DNA of 64,000 nt from the IMG/VR virus record IMGVR_UViG_3300017706_000970, positions 1 through 64,000 of that record. One strand, given 5' to 3'. Of the stretch, positions 23,298-33,500 are shown one piece after another (within the stretch, counting starts at the first letter, position 1; the number at the start of each line of letters is the position of its first letter). Position numbers and translations under genes: made by a program. A model generated the notes under the pieces. The model was not told where the DNA came from. It saw only the letters and a list, made by a program, of their open reading frames with translations, and did not search any database. This stretch comes from a virus.

Positions 23298-25091
23298 ATG
23301 CCAAGATACCCACGAAATAAAATTTCAGATGTAGTTGCAGAGAATCTTCCTGATTTCGTTGTTCAGGATCACCCTCTGTTTGTTACGTTTGTTGAAGAAT
23401 ATTATAAGTGGTTAGAATCACAGGATAATTCTTACTTCGCACCAATGAGTTTACTTGGTACGGTTGATATCGACCAAACTACTGATGACTTCGTGAAGTA
23501 TTTCAAGAGTGAAGTATTCAAAGGTTTTCCAGATAATTACACTTCCGTAAGGGGAGATACTCTGGACATGAGATCGGTCTTGAAACGAGTTCGATCTTTT
23601 TATCTAGCAAAGGGTACAGAATCATCCATTAGATTTTTACTGAGAGCTTTGTTTGATGTATATTCTGAAGTTTATATTCCTTCGACTGATATACTTAATG
23701 CTTCCGGTGGTCGATGGATTCAACCAACTATCGTAAGATGTATTGATGGAGACCCTGAAAGAAATATAACACTTAGAAATACGAGAGTTCTGTTTGTTGA
23801 TTCAGGTTCAGTCGAGCAAGGTTCTGCTACTATTGTAGATTTAAATCAGTTCAACAAAGATGGTACTCCGATTCTAGAATTGGAACTATCCTCGGTAATT
23901 GGAACAACACCATATCCCGGAAAAGTTGTTTCTAGATCTGACCAACCAATTCAATTTTCTTCTGCTCTATTGAGTATGGTATCTGGAATAACATTCACCA
24001 ACGGTGGATCGAATTACCAACCTGATGATCTTGTGAATATTGAAACCGCTTCAGGTTTCTCTGGAAAGGGAGCTAAAGCTTCTGTAGAGTCGGTAACAAA
24101 AACCGGAACAATCCGATCTATTCGTATTGATGATCCCGGTCTGAATTATGTTGAAATTCCTGTAACATACACAGTAACAGTAGATTCAAAAACTGGTACG
24201 GGTGCAAGTGGTTTGTCGCTAATTAAAAATGCAAAAGTAACTAGACCGGGATACTGGACCAACAATGATGGTAAGGTTTCTTCTACCGAAAAGTTACAGG
24301 ATAACTATCGTTATCAGATTCATTCTTATGTCGTAAGAACAGAAGCAAATCTAAGTGAATACAAAGACACGTTAAAAGAATTTGCACACCCAAGTGGTAA
24401 ACTGGTATTGGGTGATTACTTTGTGTATAGAAAAGAAAGTGCAACAGCAGATGCTGGCGGGTTTGGACTACTGCGTGATGAGATGCCTCAGTTTGCAAAT
24501 TATTTTCCATACACTATCGCTCTTGCAGGTGATAATTCAAATGGAGTCACATGTACATCAGCATTGTCATCAACTGGTGTGTTACCTTCGAGCTTTGATT
24601 TGCGAGGAGTGGTTGTAGATAATCTAGGGGGTAGTGCAGTTCTAGATGGTTTTCTTATTGATTATTTTCCATATGGTTATGATACGGCAAATTCATATGA
24701 TATACAAGGAAACACAAGAACCGCGGCCTCTGATTTGGGTGCTGGAATTTCTTCTGGGTGGAGTAGTCAAAACTTTCGCAGGTTTGGTGGAATTGGTGCT
24801 ACGCAAGAATTTCTTGGTCAATTCGATGACGGACAGTATACCGGATCCACTATGCCGGGATGGCCATCCAATAATATAGATTGGTGGATTGTTCACCCAC
24901 ATCCAAACACATGGCACGGAGGAGTTAGATCAACATATGGTAATGGTGTAACGTGGGGTAGAATTAGATTGCAGGACTTTATATTAGGACCATATATTCT
25001 AACCTCACCTCCCGTAGCCGGATCCAGTTATAGTTCTCAAGGAACACAAGGATCTATAGACGTACCAAACAATTACGGGCAAGACTTGTAG
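23298..25091 (+). CDS. gp7: Baseplate wedge initiator (gp7-like)
   Basis: LPDFV..FVEEYY..FYLAKGTESS..LQDNYRYQIHSY..HPSG. Confidence 0.8.
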   Translation: MPRYPRNKISDVVAENLPDFVVQDHPLFVTFVEEYYKWLESQDNSYFAPMSLLGTVDIDQTTDDFVKYFKSEVFKGFPDNYTSVRGDTLDMRSVLKRVRSFYLAKGTESSIRFLLRALFDVYSEVYIPSTDILNASGGRWIQPTIVRCIDGDPERNITLRNTRVLFVDSGSVEQGSATIVDLNQFNKDGTPILELELSSVIGTTPYPGKVVSRSDQPIQFSSALLSMVSGITFTNGGSNYQPDDLVNIETASGFSGKGAKASVESVTKTGTIRSIRIDDPGLNYVEIPVTYTVTVDSKTGTGASGLSLIKNAKVTRPGYWTNNDGKVSSTEKLQDNYRYQIHSYVVRTEANLSEYKDTLKEFAHPSGKLVLGDYFVYRKESATADAGGFGLLRDEMPQFANYFPYTIALAGDNSNGVTCTSALSSTGVLPSSFDLRGVVVDNLGGSAVLDGFLIDYFPYGYDTANSYDIQGNTRTAASDLGAGISSGWSSQNFRRFGGIGATQEFLGQFDDGQYTGSTMPGWPSNNIDWWIVHPHPNTWHGGVRSTYGNGVTWGRIRLQDFILGPYILTSPPVAGSSYSSQGTQGSIDVPNNYGQDL

Positions 25092-25099
25092 TATAAATA
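25092..25099 (+). promoter_or_regulatory. T4 late promoter
   Basis: TATAAATA upstream of gp8. Confidence 0.8.
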
Positions 25100-25115
25100 A
25101 ACTAAGGAATAATAA

Positions 25116-27584
25116 ATGTCCAACTTGCAATTTTCTTTCAATGTATCAGCAGCAGAATCGTTTCTTGATGATTTTTCAAGTGACTCAGATTCTTTCTATC
25201 TGATGATTTCTCGGCCAGAATCGTGGCCAAATGAAAACACACCACCAACTTCTATGGATACATCGAGCAATCAATTTGATTCGTGGTCTTCTGCTATTGC
25301 TGCAAAGAAAATTACAAGTAAAGATGCGAGACTCGTAACAAAAAGATACGACTGGACATCTGGTGTAACGTATTCACAATTCTCAGATACAAATGAAATT
25401 TTTCGTTCTGCGACATATGAATCAAGACCGTTCTATGTAATGACTCCGCAGTATAGAGTCTACAAGTGTCTTGATAATAACAGAGGATCGGTTGCATCTA
25501 CAGTACAACCAACACATACTTATCCAGATTATCAAACGCCCGGGACCGATGGTTACTCTTGGCAGTTCATGTATCAACTCAAAGAAGAAGATCTGGAATT
25601 TGTGACTGACGACTATATTCCAGTTTCAGTTGCCGGTTCAACCACTAAGATTGGAACAATCGAGTACCTTCAACGAGAGGTTCAGGAAAATTCCTCGAAT
25701 GGTGGAGTATTCGGAGCTAAACTAGATCGTTCTGGAAGTTACTGGTCTGAATCAGAAATAATGAGGAAGGGAAATAGTTCTGATGGAACATTCTACATAA
25801 AGCATTCAGTTTATGGTTTGGATAACACATCAGTATTCCCCACTCCACTCGGAGACGTAGATGCTTGCAAATGGACAGTAAACAATTCATATACCGTCGG
25901 TCAGTATACAGACTGGGCACTAACTGATCTTGATATGGGAACAGGTATTATTCCGAATAATCCAACTTCCTATACTAAAATAGGTTTCTATAAGAAAATT
26001 CTCGGAACATCTGGTGGAGATATTTTCACCACAAGGTTTGAAAATACCCCATCGTTCGTGCCAAGTTCCAGTACACCGGCGTATTTTAATATTGTACCTT
26101 ACATATATGTTGCAAGTGGAACTGGGAACACATCTGAACAGAATGCTGTTATATATCCACTGTTTCAGGGAATTTCTTTCTCTACCGATGTTAGTGTACC
26201 AAGAGACTCAGACGGTATAGTAAATGAAACAAAGGTAATAACTGGCATTCGAGTTCTCGACCCCGGTTCTGGTATTACTGATCCCTCAATTCAGATGTTA
26301 ACCCCAACAGGTTCCACTGCTGCTGGAATTGGATTCCAAGCTTCCGCAGTTGGTTCGCCATTAGGTGGACATGGTTCTAACGCTCCATATGAATTAGGTG
26401 CAAACAAGGTAATGATTCGAACATTACTAAAGGGTTCCGAAGGCGGCGCGTTTGATGTTCAGAATGATTTTAGAAAATTCTCAATTATTAAGAACCCACA
26501 ACTTGCAGGATGGACTGCGGGAGTTACTGCCGGATTTGTTGCGGGAACTGCAACACCGAACTTCACTGACGTAAGAATACGAAACGAAAACAATACTGCT
26601 GTTATAGATTTCCACACAGTGGGAACACCGGGAATGACTCACCCAGTAGACGCATTTGTTGTTGGACAAAAGATTCATCAAGGCGAATACAGCACAACAC
26701 AGGCAAGAGGAACAGTAACAAATTGGGTTCCAAATACTGCCGGAAAACTAACCGTGTCTGTAGACAACGGATCATTCAGAGCTTGTGTAATTCCAGATGA
26801 ACGACCAAGTTCCGTGACCTCCGGTAGAATTTTCTACGGAGAAACAACAGGAACCGGTTACACATTTGGCGGAGACGGAAATAGTTTCGGTGGATTTGTA
26901 GATTCCGTAACACACAGTAAGACATTCGTTAATGAATCATTCCCAATCGGATCTGTTGTGTATGGTATGGACTCCGGTTCTACTGCCAAAGTAACTCGAT
27001 TCGTTGCTGATGCAGATGGTGAACGAGGAATTATGACACTCACAGATAAAGTTGGTTCTTTCATTGCTCCTCGCGTTGCACTCGGAACTCAACTAGATGG
27101 CGAAAAGGTATTTGGTTTCCGATCACTTTCGGAAGATGGCACAGTTCAGCTGAGCAATTCTCCAGTGGGAACTATTACCAAAACCGAAAGTCAACCAGTA
27201 AATATTGATGAGACTCACAGACTCACCACCAAGGTTCGGTCGTTATTTAACAGTCCACAATTTCAATTAGATTCGAGTCTTCTTGACTTGAATGTAAGTG
27301 CAAATTCAAATTTGTTTAGTTCGACTTTAGTTGGATTTAGTTATGCAACCGGAAGCACTTCGGGTGTATCAGGAAGCACCGTGGATATGTTCCTGACATC
27401 CACAATAGGTTCAATAACATCAGGAAATGTAGTAACACTAAACGGTTTTACTGGTGAAGTTCTGGGAACAACTATACCGGAATTCTTGAGAAATACCGGA
27501 CAAGTGTTATACATAGAGAACGTAAGACCTGTAGAAAGAAATCCAGACCAAGACGAAGAAATCAAAGTCGTAATTGACTTTTAG
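25116..27584 (+). CDS. gp8: Baseplate wedge subunit (extended)
   Basis: RYDWTSG..FYVM..VYKCLDN..DGYSWQFMY..GGHG..ELGA..GQVLYIENV..EEIKVVIDF. Confidence 0.9.
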   Translation: MSNLQFSFNVSAAESFLDDFSSDSDSFYLMISRPESWPNENTPPTSMDTSSNQFDSWSSAIAAKKITSKDARLVTKRYDWTSGVTYSQFSDTNEIFRSATYESRPFYVMTPQYRVYKCLDNNRGSVASTVQPTHTYPDYQTPGTDGYSWQFMYQLKEEDLEFVTDDYIPVSVAGSTTKIGTIEYLQREVQENSSNGGVFGAKLDRSGSYWSESEIMRKGNSSDGTFYIKHSVYGLDNTSVFPTPLGDVDACKWTVNNSYTVGQYTDWALTDLDMGTGIIPNNPTSYTKIGFYKKILGTSGGDIFTTRFENTPSFVPSSSTPAYFNIVPYIYVASGTGNTSEQNAVIYPLFQGISFSTDVSVPRDSDGIVNETKVITGIRVLDPGSGITDPSIQMLTPTGSTAAGIGFQASAVGSPLGGHGSNAPYELGANKVMIRTLLKGSEGGAFDVQNDFRKFSIIKNPQLAGWTAGVTAGFVAGTATPNFTDVRIRNENNTAVIDFHTVGTPGMTHPVDAFVVGQKIHQGEYSTTQARGTVTNWVPNTAGKLTVSVDNGSFRACVIPDERPSSVTSGRIFYGETTGTGYTFGGDGNSFGGFVDSVTHSKTFVNESFPIGSVVYGMDSGSTAKVTRFVADADGERGIMTLTDKVGSFIAPRVALGTQLDGEKVFGFRSLSEDGTVQLSNSPVGTITKTESQPVNIDETHRLTTKVRSLFNSPQFQLDSSLLDLNVSANSNLFSSTLVGFSYATGSTSGVSGSTVDMFLTSTIGSITSGNVVTLNGFTGEVLGTTIPEFLRNTGQVLYIENVRPVERNPDQDEEIKVVIDF

Positions 27585-27598
27585 GGAGTAATAGAAAC

Positions 27599-30500
27599 AT
27601 GCCTTCATATGACCCTGAATTGACATCGGGAGATCCATACTACGACGATTTTGATAAGACAAAGAATTATCTTAAGATTCTTTTCAAGCCAGGATTCGCC
27701 GTTCAAGCAAGAGAACTCACGCAACTTCAAACCGCTCTTCAAACACAGATCGAGCGTTTTGGAGATCATGTCTTTAAGAACGGAACTCCAGTTCTCGGTT
27801 CTGGTCTGACAGAAAAGAACGTAGGTTATATTCGAGCAACTGGACTCAGTGAAGCAAACAGAGCTCTTATTGCCGGTGACTTCTTAACTGGTACAGGTGA
27901 TAAATCAAATCTACGAGCGAGAGTAATTTCAACAGAAGCTCCTCTCTCTACTGGTGTAGATACTTTTCCAGTCGTGTTTCTTCAGTACCTAAGTGGCGGT
28001 GGAACTGCTGGTGATTCCTTTGGTCTGGGTGATCAAGTTTACAGCGAAACTCAGAGTGTCAACTTTGCAGTAAAATCTACCACAGGTGATTATGTTGCAT
28101 CAACCGGCAATGGACTGGCATGTTCCATTGATACTGGTGTATTTTATGTTGATGGTTTCTTTGTTTATGTCAATCCACAAACCAACGTACCTTTTAGATT
28201 ATCAACAGCCAATCAAATCGAAAGTCCATCTTCTGGTGAAGACGGAACGGCCGCCGGCGCATCAGCTGGTGTTCGTCTTTACCAATTCCCAACCAACCGT
28301 GTCGGTCTTCAAATCAATAAGAAAATCATTGATAATATTGATGATCCTACTCTTGTCGATCCTGCAAAGGGTTCTTACAACTACTCAGCACCCGGTGCCG
28401 ATCGGTATCAAGTAGATCCTGTTTTTAGTTCTAAGGTTCTAAACATTACTACAAACACTCCGTCTGAATTTATCGACGAAGATTTCGTAGATGTCCTTCG
28501 AGTTGTAAACGGTAAGATTACTAAGCGATATAACAAGACAGAATATGCTGAATTAGAAAAGACACTTGCAAGAAGAACATTCGACGAATCTGGTAACTAT
28601 ACCGTCAAACCATTTAATGCTACTATTCTAAACAATCTTAGAATTGACAAGTATCAGGTAGATGTTACCCTAAGTTCGGCCGCGGCAACTTTTGGTATTG
28701 GAGATAATGTTACCAGTAATGGTGTTACTGCTGAGGTTCTCAATGTATTAGATCGAACGAACTTCATCGGTTCTACCGCACAGAGATTAATCGTAGACAT
28801 GGATTCTGGAAGATTTGCATCTGGTATTAGCATGACCAACAATGAAAGTCCAGATCCAGCTACCGGAACCGTAAACGCAATATCTTTCTTACCAGATTCA
28901 ACAGGTATTTTTAGTGCAGAACAGGGTGGTACTGCATCTAAGTTAGCTGTATCCATAAATTCCGGTAAGGCTTATGTTTTTGGTTATGAATTCGAAACAC
29001 AGTCGAAAACAAATATCTCTTCGGATAGAGCAAGAACAGATGAATCTTTAATTGGTGCTAATCTAAATGCTAATTTAGGCAATTTTATCGTTGCAGAGAC
29101 AGATGCACTTCCCGTCAATGATGTAGCAATCAAATATTCTGGAAATAGATTTGACAGTTACCCATTCGATTCTGGTGTTTCTATATTAGGAACAGATGGT
29201 CCTTTTGAATATAACAATTTACCCAAAGTAGATCTTAAAGGTAAGTTCATTCAAGTTAACATTCCATATAGAGCTAACGAAGCAGGAACGGCTACCATTA
29301 GATATTGGGCCCCATTGTTTGCCACAGAACATGACGGTTCATTCGATAGTGCTCTTGTTATCGATAATTTTGCTTCCGCTACTATGGAATCATCAGATAC
29401 ATCTTTAATTGTGGGATCCGAATCTTCCGCATATTATCTGCCAACTTCAATTGACAGTCAAGGTGGTTATGTTAGTTCCGGTGCAAATTCTCCCGGTGCA
29501 AGTGCAGATCGATTTCTACAAAAAATAACTTTTAGGCAGAATTATAGAAGTGGTGTAAACTACAGCACAGGGCGAGGAATTGCACCCAGTTTAAATGAAT
29601 ATGCTTCCTTTAAAGGTCAAATAGGAACTCCCGGTGCTACTTGTTCGTTTGTTCGACAAGTTTTCATGGGTAACATTGACGGTGATATCGGCTCTGGAAA
29701 CGGACCAAATGCTTATGTTAGAGCTGGTGGTGTTGCTAGACGATGGGTTCCAGCGGAGTCTGTTACCTTTAGATCTGGCAGTTCGATGATTCTACAATCA
29801 GCAGGGACCGGAGGGTTTGAGAAATCCGGTGGTGTTATTCAACAGGGTTGGGCTGGAATCAGCGGAACGATTCAAGATTGCAGTCCAGTTTCATATGGGT
29901 CTAGTATTAACTCCATCATTAATAAAAATATATACGCACTTCCAGTTGCGGATGCTTATGTTACTGGGCAGAATGGTTACAATTCTGCATCTAACTTTGC
30001 AGTTGGTGATGTAGTGAGACAGTTCCAATATGGAGCTACCGGAAGCCCGGCCGCCGGAGGATTTACGCTCGGTGCTTCTGGTGGTGGATATGCTTATACT
30101 GATCCAACCAGTCTATCAGAAGCAATAGCTGAAGTTGTTGGTTGGGTGTTAACTGTAAATGGTCCGATTCTTTATGCGGAACAGGTATCAGGTGTAACCT
30201 TCGCAGCATCTTGTGGATTTAGTAATCTTTCATATCCCGGAGTTCTTCCCGGAATCGCGTTTGGTAACACATGTGATGGTTGTCCCGGAGCCGGTTGCAC
30301 TGTAGGATTTAATGGTCTCATAGACTTAGTTTCCACTTCTGCTCCTTCGAGCGGAGCAACCGTAGATTACACATTCAAGTATGGATTAAGATCAGGTTTT
30401 ACTGCCGACATGACAGTACAAGAGGTCAGGTTTGAATCAGACGATCCCGGTATTGTTGGTGATGGATATCTAAATGTACTTCAGGACGAAGGTAAAGTCG

Positions 30501-33500
30501 ATGCAGACTTTAATGCGGGATCAGCTGCTGTTGATAATCAAACTGCGACGGGGTTGATTGATGCTGGAATAGTTTCCACTTCATATAAACATGGACAAAT
30601 AGTAGTTCAGTTTACATATAATGACTGGGACGTTTCGAGAATTGATTATAATGATTATAAGGGCGATCCAAATATAATCAATAAGGGTAACGTGATTAGT
30701 TGGGATAATAGTCAAAACAAACTTCTGTTAGAAATCTGCACAGGGTTCCAAGGATTCCAACGCGATCTTGGTTACATATATGGTATCAGAGATACATCAT
30801 GTGATATGGCTTTCGTTGGATATGGTGGAAATGGTATAAATTCAAATAGTGACGTTTCAGAAAACTTTAGTAATATCGTTGATGTGGCTGGACCTTATAA
30901 TATTACAACTGCTAATTTCAATGGTTTTGGTTCATATACTGAAGGTGAAACAGGAACTCAACTTCTACAGTCCAAGAGTAATTTTGTTCCCGGTCGATTC
31001 TATTCGGTCGGTGAGAAAGTTGCTCAGAATGTTCCGGGATCACAACCAACCAAATACGCAACTGGTACGGTGGTAAATTTCACGGCAAGGAACTCAGGAA
31101 ATTCTGCTGACGTTCAAGACACAACACTTCTCATTGAGTTAGATTCAACTAATGGTGCTTCTTTCGAGGTTGGTGCAAATGCAAAACCAATTTTAGAAGG
31201 AACACTTTCGAGTGCTTCGGGTGTAACTGGATTTGTTCCAAGTCCAACAGGTAAGGTCACAACTGTTCAGAATTCTTATGGACTAAACGGTGCATACTTT
31301 AATGGATTCCTTGGTACTGCTGGTTCTTCTATGGATCAATATACTACAACGCAGGTTCCAGTTACTATTGGTACAGCAAGAATTAGGCAAATTCAAGAAC
31401 AATCAAATGACGCTCAACAAGTTTCACTCTTTGATGTGAATATGGGCAACAAGAGATCAGGTGTTAAGTTCTTCCTAAATGAAATGAACGCAGCTTTTTA
31501 TGGATTCGCAAAACAAACAAACAGAGCTGGATTGGTTCAATCCGCCGGCGGCAAACTGTTTGATGTTCATCCAACTTATATTGGTAAGGTATTCAATCCT
31601 GATCAGAACAAGTTAGTTTTCCCAGTTCCAGTAGGAGATGTAGTCAAGACAATTAATTCTCTTGACTACAGAGTAATCAAGTCATTCCCAATAACCTTTG
31701 ATAATCCTAGTGATCTATCTGCCGAGGCTTCTTCCGGAAATTCTAATATTCGATTCGTAGGAGGTGGAGTTTCTGGTGGTATAGTAGATGGAACTGATCT
31801 AAACAACTATATCATGGTAGATAATAATGGTAAGATTATGGATCTGTTCTCAGATGCCTTTACACTTAGAACCAACAACACAGATTTCGGTGACCTAGGC
31901 AAATTAACTGTAACCAAGAACATTGGCGGTGGTACTGGGACATATCCAGATACTACCAAGTTTGATCTTATTGCCATGTTGGATGTAAATCCGGGTGAAA
32001 GTATTACCACAAGTCCAATTAGATTCAAGAAACTAAAAGAAGTTTCAACCACACTCGCAACAGGTGATATTAAAACATCAGCCACTGGATTGAAATACTT
32101 CGAATTATCGAATAATGATATCTACTCATTCGTTTCTGCCTTCGATGAAGGTATTTCAGCAACCGCCGATGTATTTAACTTATTCTCACTGGACAACGGA
32201 CAACGAGATAATCTTTACCAGAATGGTAGATTGTACATCTCAAATAATGGTTTAGAATCAGCTGGAACTGTTGCGGATGTTAAAGATAAAAAGGCAAACC
32301 TCGCCGGTCCTATTAGTGTAGTGTATAGGTATTTCGAACATAGTGGTATTGGACCATTCGTTTCCGAATCATACATCAACGACTCTCCTGCTTCCGGTGA
32401 AATTAAATTTACATTCGATGACATTCCAGAATATACATCACCCGATAGTGGTGAAGTTATTAATCTAAACAAGATTATTGATTTTCGTCCAACATTCGAT
32501 GGAATAAACTTCAACGCAGTGTTCTTACCTGCAAGTGGACAGTCGTTTAATATCTCATATTCTTACTTTCTTCCGAGAATCGATAAACTCGTTCTTACAA
32601 GAGACAAAGAATTCAAGGTAATTCAAGGTGTTCCCGCACTCGAACCCACAACCCCAGATAAGGTTGTCGATGCAATGGAACTTTATAAGTTCTATATTCC
32701 TGCTTACACATATAAATCAACGGATGTAATCTCCAAGTTCATCGAGAACAAGAGATTTACCATGCGAGATATTGGTAGTCTTGAACGAAGAATTCAACAA
32801 ATTGAATACTACAGCACACTTTCTCTTCTTGAAAGACAAACAGAAGCCCTGTTTGTTAAAGATGAAAATGGAAATGATAGATTCAAGAACGGTATTATTG
32901 TTGATCAGTTCTCTGGTCACAATATCGGTGACGTAAAGAACAAAGATTACAATGTCGCAATGGACTTTGAAAACCAAGAGTTGAGATCACCATTTACTTC
33001 ACGCAGTGTTGATTTTGATGTGAAGACACTCAACAGTCTTCATAAGACATCAGATAATCTGGTTATGTTACCATTTACCAGCGAATCACTCAATACTCAA
33101 CCACTGTCCACATCAACAGTAAATCTCAATCCGTTTACTGTTACAAACTGGTTGGGTCGGGCTAAATTGACTCCACCATCAGACAACTGGTATGATGACA
33201 CAAAAAACCCAGATGTTCTTGTGAACATAGAAGGTGAAAACGATGCGTGGAAGGCTCTTGGATCAAACGCATTCGGAACCCAATGGAATGATTGGAAGAC
33301 AAACTGGGTTGGTTCCGAGTCAATGTCCGATACAATTCTGAATAAGAATGCAAAGGGAATTTCAAGAACAACTGACGTTACCTCCAGTAGGCAACTTCGC
33401 ACTGGAATTGAAACCCGAGTGGTTCCAGAAAGAATCGTAAAGGAAATCGGAAGCAAGTTTGTAGATCTAAGTGTCGTACCTTTCGTTAGATCGAAGAGTG

